From the human T2T-CHM13v2.0 reference genome, Homo sapiens, in the NCBI RefSeq assembly GCF_009914755.1, contig NC_060944.1: DNA of 64,000 nucleotides, one strand, 5' to 3'. This document shows positions 16,525 to 29,479 of the stretch, in pieces (within the stretch, counting starts at the first letter, position 1; every line of letters begins with the position of its first letter). The notes under the pieces are model-generated. The model made no database searches and was not told the origin of the DNA. It saw only the letters and a program-made list of their open reading frames with translations. A program made the translations under genes and the position numbers.

Positions 16525-16700
16525 CCCAGCTTTATTGAGATATAATTCACATACCATAAAACTCACCCTTTTAAAGTACACAATCCAGTGGGTTTTGGTG
16601 TATTCACAGAGTTGTGCAATCATCACCACTACCTAATTTTAGAACACTTGCATTGCCCCCGAAAGGAACCTCACACCCATTAGCAGTCACTCCCCCTTCC
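16525..16700 (-). mobile_element. L1MB-like 3' end
   Basis: cagctttattgagatataattcacataccataaaactcacccttttaaagtacacaat. Confidence 0.8.
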
Positions 16701-17045
16701 CACCATGTTGTGAGGAAACCCAAACCAGCCCAAGTGAGGAGACCACACGAAGAAGTCACACACAGGTGTCTTTCTGATGGCCCAGCTGCGGTAGCAGCTG
16801 CCAGACACGCAAGTGAAGACTCTCCGACCGAGGCCAGCACCCCAGCCACCAAGTCGCCCTCAGCCTTCAGGCTGTCCCAGCCGAGGCCCCAGACACTGTG
16901 GAGCAGAGACAAGCTGTCCTGCTGTGCCCTGTCTGCATTCCTGACCACAGGATCTGAGAGATATCATTCCAGGCGAGTAGAATGGCTGCTTTACACCGCT
17001 GTGTTCTGGGGTGGGTTTGTTATGCAGGAGGAGTAACCGAGCCAC
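16700..17045 (+). mobile_element. MLT1F-like MaLR LTR (3' part)
   Basis: ccaccatgttgtgaggaaacccaa...cccagccgaggccccagacactgtggagcagagacaagc. Confidence 0.75.
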
Positions 17046-17344
17046 AGCTGGTAAGGGGCAATGCTCGGGTTTGAACCCGAGTCCTTCTGGCTTTGAGGCT
17101 GCCCCTTAAACCACATATAGGCTGGATGATCCCCTGGATGTGGAGGAGTCGGCACTCCCTTTCTTGTGCAATCGACTCAGTGCATCGGGGTGACGTGCCC
17201 TTTCTCTAGCTGACCTTCTGGAAGCACATAAACGGAGACAGAAATGCTTTCTTTTTGTTTTGCCAGTTTATTGCTGCTGCTGCTGCTGCAGTTCTTATTT
17301 AGTATATATGAATTCTTGTTCTTATTTTTTGCTAGTTAGAGTAA

Positions 17345-17630
17345 GGCTGGGCGTGGTGACCCTCAGCTGTAATCCCAGCACCTTGGGAGGCCAAGGTGGG
17401 CAGATCATTTGAATCCCAGAGTTTGAAACCAGCCTGAGCATCGTGGTGAAACCCCATCTCTACAAAACAAATACAAAAATTAGCCGGGCACGGTGGCATG
17501 TGCCTGTAGTCCTAGCTACTTGGGAGGCTGAGGTGAGAGGATGGCTTGAGTCTGGGAGGCGGAGGTTGCAGTGAGCCAAGATTGCGGCATTACACTCCAG
17601 TCTGGCCGACAGAGTGAGAGCCTATCTCTC
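17345..17630 (+). mobile_element. AluJ
   Basis: Full Alu whose tail has become a microsatellite. Confidence 0.9.
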
Positions 17631-17776
17631 AAAGAAAGAAAGAGAAAGAAAGAAAGAAAGAAAGAAAGAAAAAGAAAGAAAGAAAGAAGGAAGGAAGGAA
17701 GGAAGGAAGGAAGGAAGGAAGGAAGGAAAGGAAGGAAGGAAGGAAGGAAGGAAGGAAGGAAGGAAGGAAGAAAGGT
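17631..17776. repeat. (AAAG)n(AAGG)n polypurine microsatellite
   Basis: Visible tetranucleotide array at the Alu tail. Confidence 0.95.
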
Positions 17777-17959
17777 TAGAATAAATAGATAAGAAACACA
17801 AAAAATCCACCTGCCATCCCCACTACGCAGGAAAAACCTCCACATAACACTTGAATCTTGTAGAATTGTATCTACCAGGCATTTAACTCACGCAATTTCA
17901 CTGGGCATCAGTGGGCCAAAAAGGGTGATGGGGAGAGTGACAATCTTTATTTTTTCGTT

Positions 17960-18272
17960 TCTTTTCTTTTTCTTTTTTTTTTTTTTTTTTGAGACAGAGT
18001 CTTGCTCTGTTGGCCAGGCTGCAGTGCAGTGGTGCAATCTTGGTTTACTGAAACCTCTGCCTCCCGAGTTTGAGTGATTCTCCTGCCTCAGCCTCCAGAG
18101 TAGCTGGGATTACAAGTGAGCACCATCACGCCTGGCTAATTTTTGTATTTTTAGTAGAGATGGGGTTTCACCATGTTGGCCAGGCAGATCTCAAACTCCT
18201 GGCCTCAAGTTACCTGCCCGCCTCAGCCTCCCAAAGTGCTGGGATTTACAGGCGTGAGCCACCAAGCCCGGC
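17960..18272 (-). mobile_element. AluS
   Basis: Antisense Alu; TSD-like gagagtgacaat/gagaatgacaat. Confidence 0.92.
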
Positions 18273-18689
18273 TGAGAATGACAATTTTCATATGGCAAGT
18301 GAGTGTAGCTGGCAGGTCCTATTTTTTGTTCAACATGGCCCCAAACACAAGATGACCCCTCTCCATCCAGGGGCTATTTGGATTTGCTAAGTGTTTATAA
18401 TGCACCACGGTTGAGAGGAAATTTAACATATTTTTCAGGATCATTTTTGATTCTGCATAAAAAGAGACCTTTTTTATCCCTTCCAAAAATGGGATTGAGC
18501 TATGCAGATGGTTTTGTACCTGACTTTTTCACGTAACAACGTACTTTGAACTGCTTTTGGGCAAGTGGCTTTCTCCTGGCCTTCATGGGAAGGAAGCGCT
18601 CTGGGAGTCCACCTGCGCTCTTGCTGAGTGGCAGTCAAAGTCGACTGGAACTCTACAAGCTGTGCAGTCAGGATGCTGAGCAAAAGAAG

Positions 18690-18945
18690 CCAGATGGGAA
18701 GAGCACACACTGTGTGCTTCCCTTTATAGAAAGTTCAAAACCAGCAAAAGTCATCTATGGGGTTAGAATTCAGGACAGCCATTAACCTTGGGGGTGGTGG
18801 TGGGGAGGATTTACCAGGAGAGACATCAAGGGGGCTTCTGGAATGTCCTGTGTACATCTGGGTGCTCATTCCACGAATGTGTCCACTTGGCGAGAATTCA
18901 CTGAGCTCTTTATGTATAATGTGTGTACTTTTCCTTGCAATTAAA
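18690..18945 (+). mobile_element. L1ME-like 3' end
   Basis: gaagagcacacactgtgtgcttccctttatagaaagttcaaaaccagcaaaa. Confidence 0.7.
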
Positions 18946-18967
18946 ACACACATACAAACACACGCAG

Positions 18968-18983
18968 ATGCATGCGTGCGCAC

Positions 18984-19040
<57 letters not shown>
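18968..19040. repeat. (CG)n(CA)n alternating purine-pyrimidine microsatellite
   Basis: atgcatgcgtgcgcacgcgtgcgcgcgcg(ca)n. Confidence 0.95.
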
Positions 19041-19042
<2 letters not shown>

Positions 19043-19114
19043 GTTCTTAGAGCGCAGGCTGTCCTGTCTGGAAATACATGTTTAATGCTTTTGCCACATA
19101 TGGGCAGAGGTGAG

Positions 19115-19750
19115 TGTTGAGAGGACTGGGTATGAAGTTGGGAACCCAAGTCTGAATCCTGGTTCAGCCATCATTAAATGTGTGACCTTGGGCAAGTTAC
19201 TTAACCTCTCTGAGCCTCAGTTTCCTCATCTGGACTCTGTACCAAGCCCACAAGATCACAGAAGCAGCCACTGCTCGCCTCTCCATCTGGCTCTTCCGTT
19301 CTTCTCTGGCTGTCTCTCTAAGCCCACACCACACTGGCCACCATTCTTGTTCCTATCACAGCAAAGCTCAATGTGGCCTCAGGGCTTTTGCCCTAGCTAT
19401 TCCTGCTGCCTGGAATTACCCTTTCCCTGATTTTCTTGTGGTTGGTTCCTTTTCCTCCTTCATGTCTCAGTTCAAAGGTTACCTTCTCAGAGAGGAGAGC
19501 CCCTCACTGACCACTATCCACACCAGCCATCATCAGTTCCATTCCCTGGCCTCAGTTTCTTCCCAGTGCCTCTTAGGTTCTGAAATGGTCATATTTGTTT
19601 CTTGCATTGTTGTTGCTCTTTACTTGTTATCTGCTTGGCACTCCCTCTAGACCCATGGACTCTAGGACATGAGGAATCATGATTGTCTTGTTCATTGCTA
19701 CACCTCCATCACATAAAACAATGTGTATTTGTTCAATTAACCAATCAATC
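19115..19750 (+). mobile_element. MIR (19115-19232) followed by L2
   Basis: tgtgtgaccttgggcaagttacttaacctctctgagcctcagtttcctcatct; cctcagggcttttgccctagctattcctgctgcctggaa. Confidence 0.75.
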
Positions 19751-20065
19751 TATACAGCGATCTGATTCTACTTTATGGAATTCTCGGGAAGTTTTGAAAG
19801 TGCGTTTTAAACAGCCAGGTTTATAAGAATGAGGAAACTTTGAAAGCTCTGTTTGAATGTGGTTAACTCTACTGAGAAGAATCTAGATAGGCCCAAGATG
19901 CTTCGTGAGCTGCGTCTTCCATAATTTCATCTACACTGAAAGTCACTATACCGCTTGCAACCACCCGCCCCCCACCTCCACCTTTTGCTATTTGCACCTT
20001 TTGTTATTGGCCATTTGGCTGGAACAAAGTCACTAATATTCTTAGTAGTTTATTTCTATATATAG

Positions 20066-20370
<305 letters not shown>

Positions 20371-20724
20371 AACATGGTTTTAAGATGGTCAAAAGGTACA
20401 GAGTGTACAAAGAGAAGTCTGTCTCCCTCTGACTACTGCTCTAGAGCCGATTAGTGTTTCCAGGTACCTAGTAAGCGCTTCCAGAACTGTTCTGTGCAGA
20501 AACAGGCATGTGGGCTATATCTTCATCTTTCCCGTTTACACAGAAAGGATCTAGTTCAATACACTGCTTTATATCTTTGCTTTTTCTTTTTTCTTCTTTA
20601 TAATTGATCTTGGAGCTGTTTCCATACCACACATTGTATGTGTATGTTTTAGTTGCACAGAAAGGTGTACGCATCAAGAGCTCAGAGAGTAACTGGTCTC
20701 TCTCTCTCCTTCTCTCTCTCTCTC

Positions 20725-21168
<444 letters not shown>

Positions 21169-22489
21169 TAAAAACCATAGAATACTGACGGACACCTCAG
21201 GCAGCTCTGGTCTTTTGCTTCTGCAGGCAGTGCTGCAGTGATGGTCCTTGGATGCACCTTTGGGCCCAGGAAAATCACTGATTCCTTTTGAATCTGGTAA
21301 AGCAACCCGAGAGTTTACCCCTCCCCAACCTCATCTTCACCCCTCGGCCCATCCCGCCCTTGCTGGTGTTTGTGTTTTGGCCTTTTAAAGACTTTTTCAA
21401 AATTGACTTTGGCTTCTTGGCCTGAACTCTGAAGTGTTTGAGCTGATAAGATAGCAGGCTTGGCTGTGGGGGCCAGGGGTAAACAGTGACCCCGGGGCCC
21501 TCAGCCCCAGTAAGGGAGGGGCCACAGCCCCAAGTCTCTCCTGTCTCCAGCTGTGGGAGCAGGCGGTGTGGCTGGAGGAGGAAGCTGAATTGCGTTGGGC
21601 TCCAGATGGGTTTGGGAACCGGAAGGAAGTGGGAAGCTGGCCCCACACAGACCCACTTCTCTGGGCCTTTGAGAACAGTGCCAAGAGGCGCAACATGGGC
21701 TCAGTATTTGCTGGGTCCTCTCCTAAACCACACAGGACGCCACGGGCAAGTTGGAGCAAAGTCCTGGCAAACCTGAAGACACATCCCGTGGAGCCCCAAG
21801 GAGCCGAGGGTCACAGGAGGGGCCCTGCCTCCAAGGCCGTGGCAGACAGAACTGGCACCATCTCCACACAGCGTCACCGAGTGATGTCCAGTCGTCTCAG
21901 GCCGGGGATTGTAACTGCCCCGCTCTGATCTAGGCCACAGAAGTGAACAAATCAGTTTGGATTCCCACCCTCTAGAACTTTCTTCAGTTGAGGAGGGAAG
22001 AGAGAGGATAAATAGGCAAAAACTGGCCAGGGTGCAGGGGACTACAATGGAGAATGGCCAGGCTGTGGGGGCAGAGCAGGGGCACTGCTCACCCTGGAGG
22101 GGGAAGGCCTCCCCAGTCATGCCTCGTCCCAGCTTAAAATGCTTTGGGGCCTGCCATGGTTTCTCAGGGCTCCTGGGACCATGGCCTCTGCGTGATCTTC
22201 CCTGCCCACCTCTACCAGCAGGGTCAGTGGTGCCAGCTTGGCAACACTTGGTGCCCATGTCTACCTGGGGTCCCTGCATGGCTGCTCCCTCTGCTGGCAG
22301 CGCCCTCACCTCCCACCTCCCACTCAGCTCTCAGCTCTCAGCTGAGATGTCACCTTCTCGTCCAGGAAGCCTTCCTTGATGTCCCTGGATGGTCTTGGGG
22401 CTATCACATGCTCCTGTACATTCCTCATCCCTGCTTCAGTCACTCTGGGGTTACTTGTTTGCGGGTGGCCCAAGGTAGCCCAGCATGGC

Positions 22490-22700
22490 CAGAACCCAGC
22501 CCTGTGGATGACCCTGCTGGATTCAAATGCTAGCTCCGCCTCTTAGCTGTGCAACCTTGGGCCTCAGTTTTGCCATCTGGAAAAAGGGCATAGTGATGGC
22601 ATCTACCTCACAGGGTGGTTGTGAGGAAGAAGCAGTTTAATACAAGTACTTAGAAAGACATCTGGCACCAACTTTGCACTCAGTAAATGTTGGCTGTGCC
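22490..22700 (+). mobile_element. MIR
   Basis: ggattcaaatgctagctccgcc...gcctcagttttgccatctgg...tacctcacagggtggttgtgagg. Confidence 0.75.
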
Positions 22701-22824
22701 ATTACACTTGTTCTCTCTCCCACAGAACACAGCAGGTGCTCACTTCACATTTGCATGCTAAATCAGTGCAGCCCTTCAAATATGCTCATGAAAATGAGCA
22801 ATGGGGGGGAAGGCTTAGTTAATT

Positions 22825-23193
22825 CAGATGCTCCTCGACTTGGGATGGGGCTGCAGCCTGATAAACCCACTGCAAGTTGAAAATATCATTAAGTCAAAAG
22901 TGCATTTAGTGCACCCAACCTACGGAACATCATCATAGCTTCGCCTCGCCTCCCTTAAAGGTGCTCGAAACGTTTACACTCACCTACGTTGGGCAAAATC
23001 ATCTAACACAAAGCCTATTTTATAATAAAGTGTTGAGTATTTCATGTAAAATTATTGTACTCTGTATTGCTAAACTGATAAAAGATTAAAGTTCAAAATT
23101 CCAAGTATGATTTCTATCAAATGCCTATCTCTTTCGTACCATAATAAACACGAAAAGTCCTAAAATGAACCATTGTTAGTCGAGGATCATCTG
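22825..23193. mobile_element. MER47A (Tigger5-type)
   Basis: Terminal repeats cagatgctcctcgactt / agtcgaggatcatctg; internal gggcaaaatcatctaacacaaagcc. Confidence 0.82.
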
Positions 23194-23255
23194 CAACGGA
23201 AAATTTTTTTTAAAACACAACAGTAAAGAGTGGAACAGTAATGATTTACAACTAT

Positions 23256-23258
<3 letters not shown>

Positions 23259-23305
<47 letters not shown>
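23259..23305. repeat. (AC)23 microsatellite
   Basis: Visible. Confidence 0.97.
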
Positions 23306-23307
<2 letters not shown>

Positions 23308-23698
23308 CCAATACCCTGGCTTGGGGAAAAGAAAGAAACAGACCGTTTAGTGTGGTTTTGTTAGAAGGATGGGACAAAAAAATAATTTTTCTTCTTTCTT
23401 GTTTGATGTGTTTTTTTCTACTCTTCTTTAATAAGCATGGTTTCAATTTAAATGGGAAAAAAAATAACAAAGAATCTAGAGAAGGAACCCGCAAGCCCTT
23501 TCTGTTCCATAGAGTTTTCCCACAAACTGGGGCAGGGGGTGGGGTAGGTGGGGTGTGGCGGGGTGGACAGAGAAAGAGCTGCCCTTTAGAAGTTAAGCAA
23601 GAGCAGGAAAACCATCGTGTGCCGGGCGGGGGTAGGGTGTCAGCTTGACCAGGGGAAGTTGTGGCAACTAATAACAAAGCAACTCCTCTCCCAACTCT

Positions 23699-23718
23699 GG
23701 GCATGGCAAGACATGCCC
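23699..23718. promoter_or_regulatory. Candidate p53-family response element
   Basis: GGGCATGGCA|AGACATGCCC: two CATG-core half-sites with zero spacer; the second is a perfect RRRCWWGYYY. Confidence 0.4.
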
Positions 23719-23828
23719 CCACTCCCCAGACCCCAAGATGGAGCTAGCAACCCTGCCTAATGCCACGGCCCTGTGTTTCCCTGCAGCGTAACACGTGTCG
23801 CACGGCAGCGTCTGTAAAGAAAGGGCCT

Positions 23829-24129
<301 letters not shown>

Positions 24130-24309
24130 TCACCACCTGCCCCCTACTCGCGTATGTTACCTCGCCTCACCTGCCTAACCCTGAAGACCTGCCTGCAAGC
24201 AGTAAGGTACTACTGTTAGCCCCATTTCACAGACGGGGAAACTGAGGCTCAAAAGGTGTAATAATTTGCCCAAGGTTGCCCAGTTGATCAATGACAGAGT
24301 CTGAACTTA

Positions 24310-24621
<312 letters not shown>

Positions 24622-24706
24622 TTAACACCATTTGGTTTTATCCTTGTCTGTGATGTCTGTGATTTGTCATCTTTTTTTCCATTTCCACTAAAGTAGATGT
24701 TAACAA

Positions 24707-25280
24707 ATGGAAGGCTGGAAGAATGGATGGATGAATGGGTGGGTGGATGATAAATGGGTGGATGGATGGATGGAGGGAAGGATGGATGGATGGATGGATG
24801 GATGGATGAATGGGTGAGTGGATGATAAATGGGTGGATGGATGGATGGAAGGATGGATGGATGGATGGATGGGTGAGAGATGGATAATGAGTGGAGGGAT
24901 GGATGAATGGATGGATGGGTGGGTGGATGGAAGGATGGATGGATGGGTGAGAGATGGATGATGGATGGAGGGATGGATGAATGGATGGATGGGTGGATGA
25001 ATGGATGGGTCGGTGGATGGATGGAAGGATGAACAGATGGATGGAAGGATGGATGGATGGATGGAAGGAAGGATGGATGGATGGATGGATGGATGAGAGA
25101 TAGATGATGGCTGGAGAGATGGATGAACAGATAGATGGGTGGATGGATGAATGGATGGATGGTTGGGTGGGTGAAGGATGGATGATGGATGGAGGGATGA
25201 ATGAACAGATGGGCAAATTAATGAATTAGTGGATGACTGGGTGGGTGGAATGCATGCATAGAATAAATGGGTGACTGAAT
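24707..25280. repeat. Degenerate (GGAT)n/(TGAA)n simple-repeat array
   Basis: About 570 bp of TGGA variants. Confidence 0.95.
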
Positions 25281-25384
25281 ACAAAAAGAACTAACTAAAT
25301 AAATAATGATGAAAGGCAGAGGGCACTAAGAGGGTTTCACCTTTCAGGGTTTGTTCCTGGACATTGAATGTGCCCTTTGGAAAG

Positions 25385-25540
25385 ATTGCAAACTGGCAGT
25401 TATCAGGGTAAATTGGGCTGCAGACATATTTTGTTTGATCTTCACAGGGTTTTTAATTTTTTGAATTGTCCTTATTTTAAAATTAGGAAATTTCACATTA
25501 AAAATCTAGATTTCTGATTTCTCCTGCAAAATTGGGCCGG
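25385..25540. mobile_element. MER102-like hAT fragment
   Basis: aaattaggaaatttcacattaaaaatctagatttctgatttctcc. Confidence 0.55.
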
Positions 25541-25839
25541 CACCCATACCAGGAAATAATATACCAGGACTGACGGGGCTGAGCCTCTGAGTGCTCACGG
25601 TCCCCACTGCTCCACAATGCAGTCCTGCTATTGGGGTTGTGTCCACTGCCATTTATCATGGCAGTTTGGGCTGGTGTTTTTCTCAGTACCATTACAAGGA
25701 AAATGAAAAATCTCTTACAGGTGGCTCTTGGTCAAAAGTGGAAAATGAACTTAGGTAAAGAGGAAATTGGGAGAGAAGTATTTCTTTGTGGCCATGGAGA
25801 ACACTCCTGTGGATTCGATGGACCAGCAATGCATCTTGC

Positions 25840-26050
25840 CTGAGTGGTTAGGGGCACAGATGCTAGAGCCTGATGGCCTGGGTTCAACCCCCGGCTGTGC
25901 TACATACCGGCTGTGTGGCCTCGTGCAAGTCACTGAACGTTTCTGGCCTCAGTTTCCTCATGTGTAAAGCAGAGGTGGTGTCAGTCCCCACCTCATAGAG
26001 TGTCAATGATTTTCTCTCCGTGGGGCTCTCTAGGTGTGAGCTGCTATTAT
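25840..26050 (+). mobile_element. MIR
   Basis: gcctgggttcaaccccggctgtgc...gcctcagtttcctcat. Confidence 0.75.
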
Positions 26051-26107
26051 CTTACACAGGGCTGGCTCCCGTCATGTGTGTGATCTGCCTACCCTGAGCG
26101 TCCACAG

Positions 26108-26330
26108 CAGCGGTTCTCAACCAAGGTCAACTGTGCCCCCCAGGGGACATTTGGCAATGTCTAGAGACATCTGGGGTTGTCACAACTTGGGTGGGGAGGG
26201 GCTACCAACATCTTATGGGTAGAGGCCAGGGAGACTGTGAACAGCCTGCAAGGCTCAGGACAGATCAGCAAAAGATTCTGCTGCCCCGTGTACTCCGCCC
26301 CGTGTACTACGTGCTGAGGCTGAGGAACCC
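26108..26330 (-). mobile_element. MER20
   Basis: cagcggttctcaacc...ccaggggacatttggcaatgtctagagacat...gggtagaggccagg. Confidence 0.8.
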
Positions 26331-26559
26331 GGATCTACAGGAGTCCAAGTCCCCAGAGGGGCTGAGCTATGGCCAGATATCTAGGAGTCCCTGAAGGCTG
26401 CCAGAGGTGATTCCCTCTAGACGTGGCAGGAGCCATTCCCTCTGGCCTGAGCCACCTCAGCCCTCAGGATCATCAGGCCCCAAGTAGTGCCCCGTCCCAG
26501 GGTGCCTGGCCCCAGCCTGCTCCCAGCCCCATACAACAGGCAAGAAATGTGTCTGTCCC

Positions 26560-26592
26560 TAGCGCCTCCTGGTGGCCCAGCCCTAAACTACA
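26560..26592 (-). promoter_or_regulatory. CTCF-binding motif (core plus upstream-like module)
   Basis: Minus strand GGGCCACCAGGAGGCGCTA vs consensus TGGCCACCAGGGGGCGCTA; TGTAGT lies 11 nt 5' of CCACC. Confidence 0.7.
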
Positions 26593-26719
26593 TGACTCTT
26601 CCCAGCCCAGGGTGGTGGGAGGGGAGGATGAGGACGTACCTTCCGGGTGTTTAATCCAGACTAGTTGGGAATGTGGGAATTTAAGGTCATGGAAGGCGGT
26701 AGCCAATGTTTCAAAGACA

Positions 26720-27020
26720 AATTGACATAGGTTTGAATCTCAGATCTTCCACTGACCATCTGGGAGGCCTTGGACACATCCCATGACTCTCCTGGGCCTC
26801 AGTTTCCTCATCTGGAATGGGGATGATGTTATTTATGTCACAGTTTCGTTGGGAGGATTAAATTAAGTGCATAAACAGATGAAACATACGAGATGCTTAG
26901 GATTAAATTAAGTGCATAAACAGATGAAACATACGAGATGCTTAGGATTAAATTAAGTGCATAAACAGATGAAACATACGAGATGCTTCACAAGCCTCCT
27001 CTCGGATACTTGTTATTGCT
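26720..27020 (+). mobile_element. MIR containing the 45-bp tandem repeat
   Basis: ggtttgaatctcagatcttccact...gggcctcagtttcctcatctgg. Confidence 0.7.
26854..26988. repeat. Perfect 3 x 45-bp minisatellite
   Basis: AGGATTAAATTAAGTGCATAAACAGATGAAACATACGAGATGCTT at 26854, 26899 and 26944. Confidence 0.97.
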
Positions 27021-27198
27021 GTGTTCATAGCAATTCATAGCCACTTGTGTTTGATGAATTTCCAGTGTACTCAGAGTGATTTTTTTCACTGACTATCAAC
27101 AAATAATTTTGCTGCAAAGAAATACAGATATGGGAAAGGATGCACAATATATTATCAAATGACCACAGGCCTCAGAAACATTGTATACAAACACTCTA

Positions 27199-27200
<2 letters not shown>

Positions 27201-27248
<48 letters not shown>

Positions 27249-27268
27249 CGCGCAGAGAGAGAGAGAGA
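27201..27268. repeat. (TG)20(CG)6(AG)n compound microsatellite
   Basis: Visible, at the tail of an antisense AluJ. Confidence 0.97.
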
Positions 27269-27269
27269 A

Positions 27270-27512
27270 TCTTGCTTGTTAACCAGGCTGGAGTGAACAC
27301 GACTCACTGCAGCCTCCACCTCCTAAGCTCAAGCAATCCTCCCACCTCAACCTTCCAAGTAGTTGGGACTACAGGCACCTGCCATCATATTTAGTAGAGA
27401 CAGGGTTTTACCATGTTGCCCAGACTGGTTTCAAACTCCTGGACTCAAGTGATCCTCCAACCTTGGCCTCCTAAAGTACTTGGATTACAGGTGTGAGCCA
27501 CTGCACCCGGCC
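27270..27512 (-). mobile_element. AluJ (internally deleted)
   Basis: Antisense Alu. Confidence 0.88.
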
Positions 27513-27529
27513 TGATATATCTATATTTT

Positions 27530-28450
27530 AAAAATATGTACTTTCATAACATGTATGAGAAACAAATACCTCATTTTCTTAGTATATAAAAATCCCTAGC
27601 AGATCAACAAAAAGACAATTATCCAAGAGAAAAATAGACTAACAATTTGAATGCTTTGCCACCAGAAAAGAAATATAAACAGTCTTTGAACGTATTTTTT
27701 AAATGTCCAATCTAACATATAAACAATGAATATGTAGATTAGAACTATGGTGAACACCTTTTTCCCCTATCGGCAAGGCCAAGATCAAGAAGTCCAATCA
27801 TACTTGGCCTTGGCTAGGACGTGGGGAAACCAGAGCTCACGGAGGTTGCCGGTGCAAATGACGATTGGTAGGTACAACCTTAGAGAGCATTTAGACAACC
27901 AGCGTCAAAATGTTTAAACGCACCTGCCCTATGACTGGGCGATTCAGTTGCTAAGAATGTATCCATCAGAAATAGCTCTGAATACATGGAAAGACTTCTG
28001 TGAAAGGGATACTAATTGCAGCATTGTTTGTTGCAGAAAAACCCTGGAAATACCTCCGTGACTATCACCAGAAAACTTGTTAGATAAATTATTATATTCA
28101 GACAATGGAATGTGCAAAGAATGCTCTCCTAGTGCTGATCTGGAAAGATCTGCCAAGGTACATTGCTAAGTTGAAAAAAACAAAATCCCAGTGCAGAACA
28201 GGGTGTGTGGTGTGCTTCTATTTAGAGAAATGAGTACAGGAATCCACGCACATATTTGCTTATCTGTGTTCTGGATGTCTCTGTAATGATCCCCAAGAAA
28301 TGATAACCAGAATGGATTCTGGGGAGGGAAGCTTGGAGTTTTAAAGCTGGGGATGGGGGTTAAGGATTAGAGGGAGAAGACCCACTGTAAATCTTTTGGT
28401 ATCTTTTGAATTTTTGCATATGAATACAATCCCTTGTTAGTTTTTAAAAA
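27530..28450 (+). mobile_element. Old L1M(E/C) fragment
   Basis: gcgattcagttgctaagaatgtatcc...ttgcagcattgtttg...gataaattattatattcagacaatggaat. Confidence 0.7.
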
Positions 28451-28589
28451 TGGAACTTTTTAATGCATTGATAGATGACAGAGAGAAAAATGCCTTGAAG
28501 GATATGCTCCAACGTGTCAATAGCACTTATCTCTGGGTGGCTGATGTGAATTAGAAGCGACTTTTATTTTGTTCTTTTTTTATTATTTC

Positions 28590-29091
<502 letters not shown>

Positions 29092-29120
29092 TAGATTTTC
29101 TAATTTAAAAAAATAATTAC

Positions 29121-29479
<359 letters not shown>

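Noticed and set aside
17064-17081. CTCGGGTT-TG-AACCCGAG small hairpin (also 9-bp arms near 31005-31025)
   Set aside because: Arm length is within chance expectation, and both lie in old repeats.
17516-17845. FLPS and KEGR repeat ORFs (also 50879-51331)
   Set aside because: Translations of (AAGG)n/(AAAG)n microsatellites.
21701-22309. 202-aa minus-strand ORF and overlapping ORFs
   Set aside because: No recognisable domain; long ORFs occur in several frames, as expected for GC-rich non-coding DNA.
24638-25284. 192-aa and 194-aa IHPS-rich ORFs
   Set aside because: Stop-free read-through of the (TCCA)n simple repeat.
26854-26988. Possible CRISPR-like array
   Set aside because: Direct tandem copies without spacers, in eukaryotic DNA with no cas genes.
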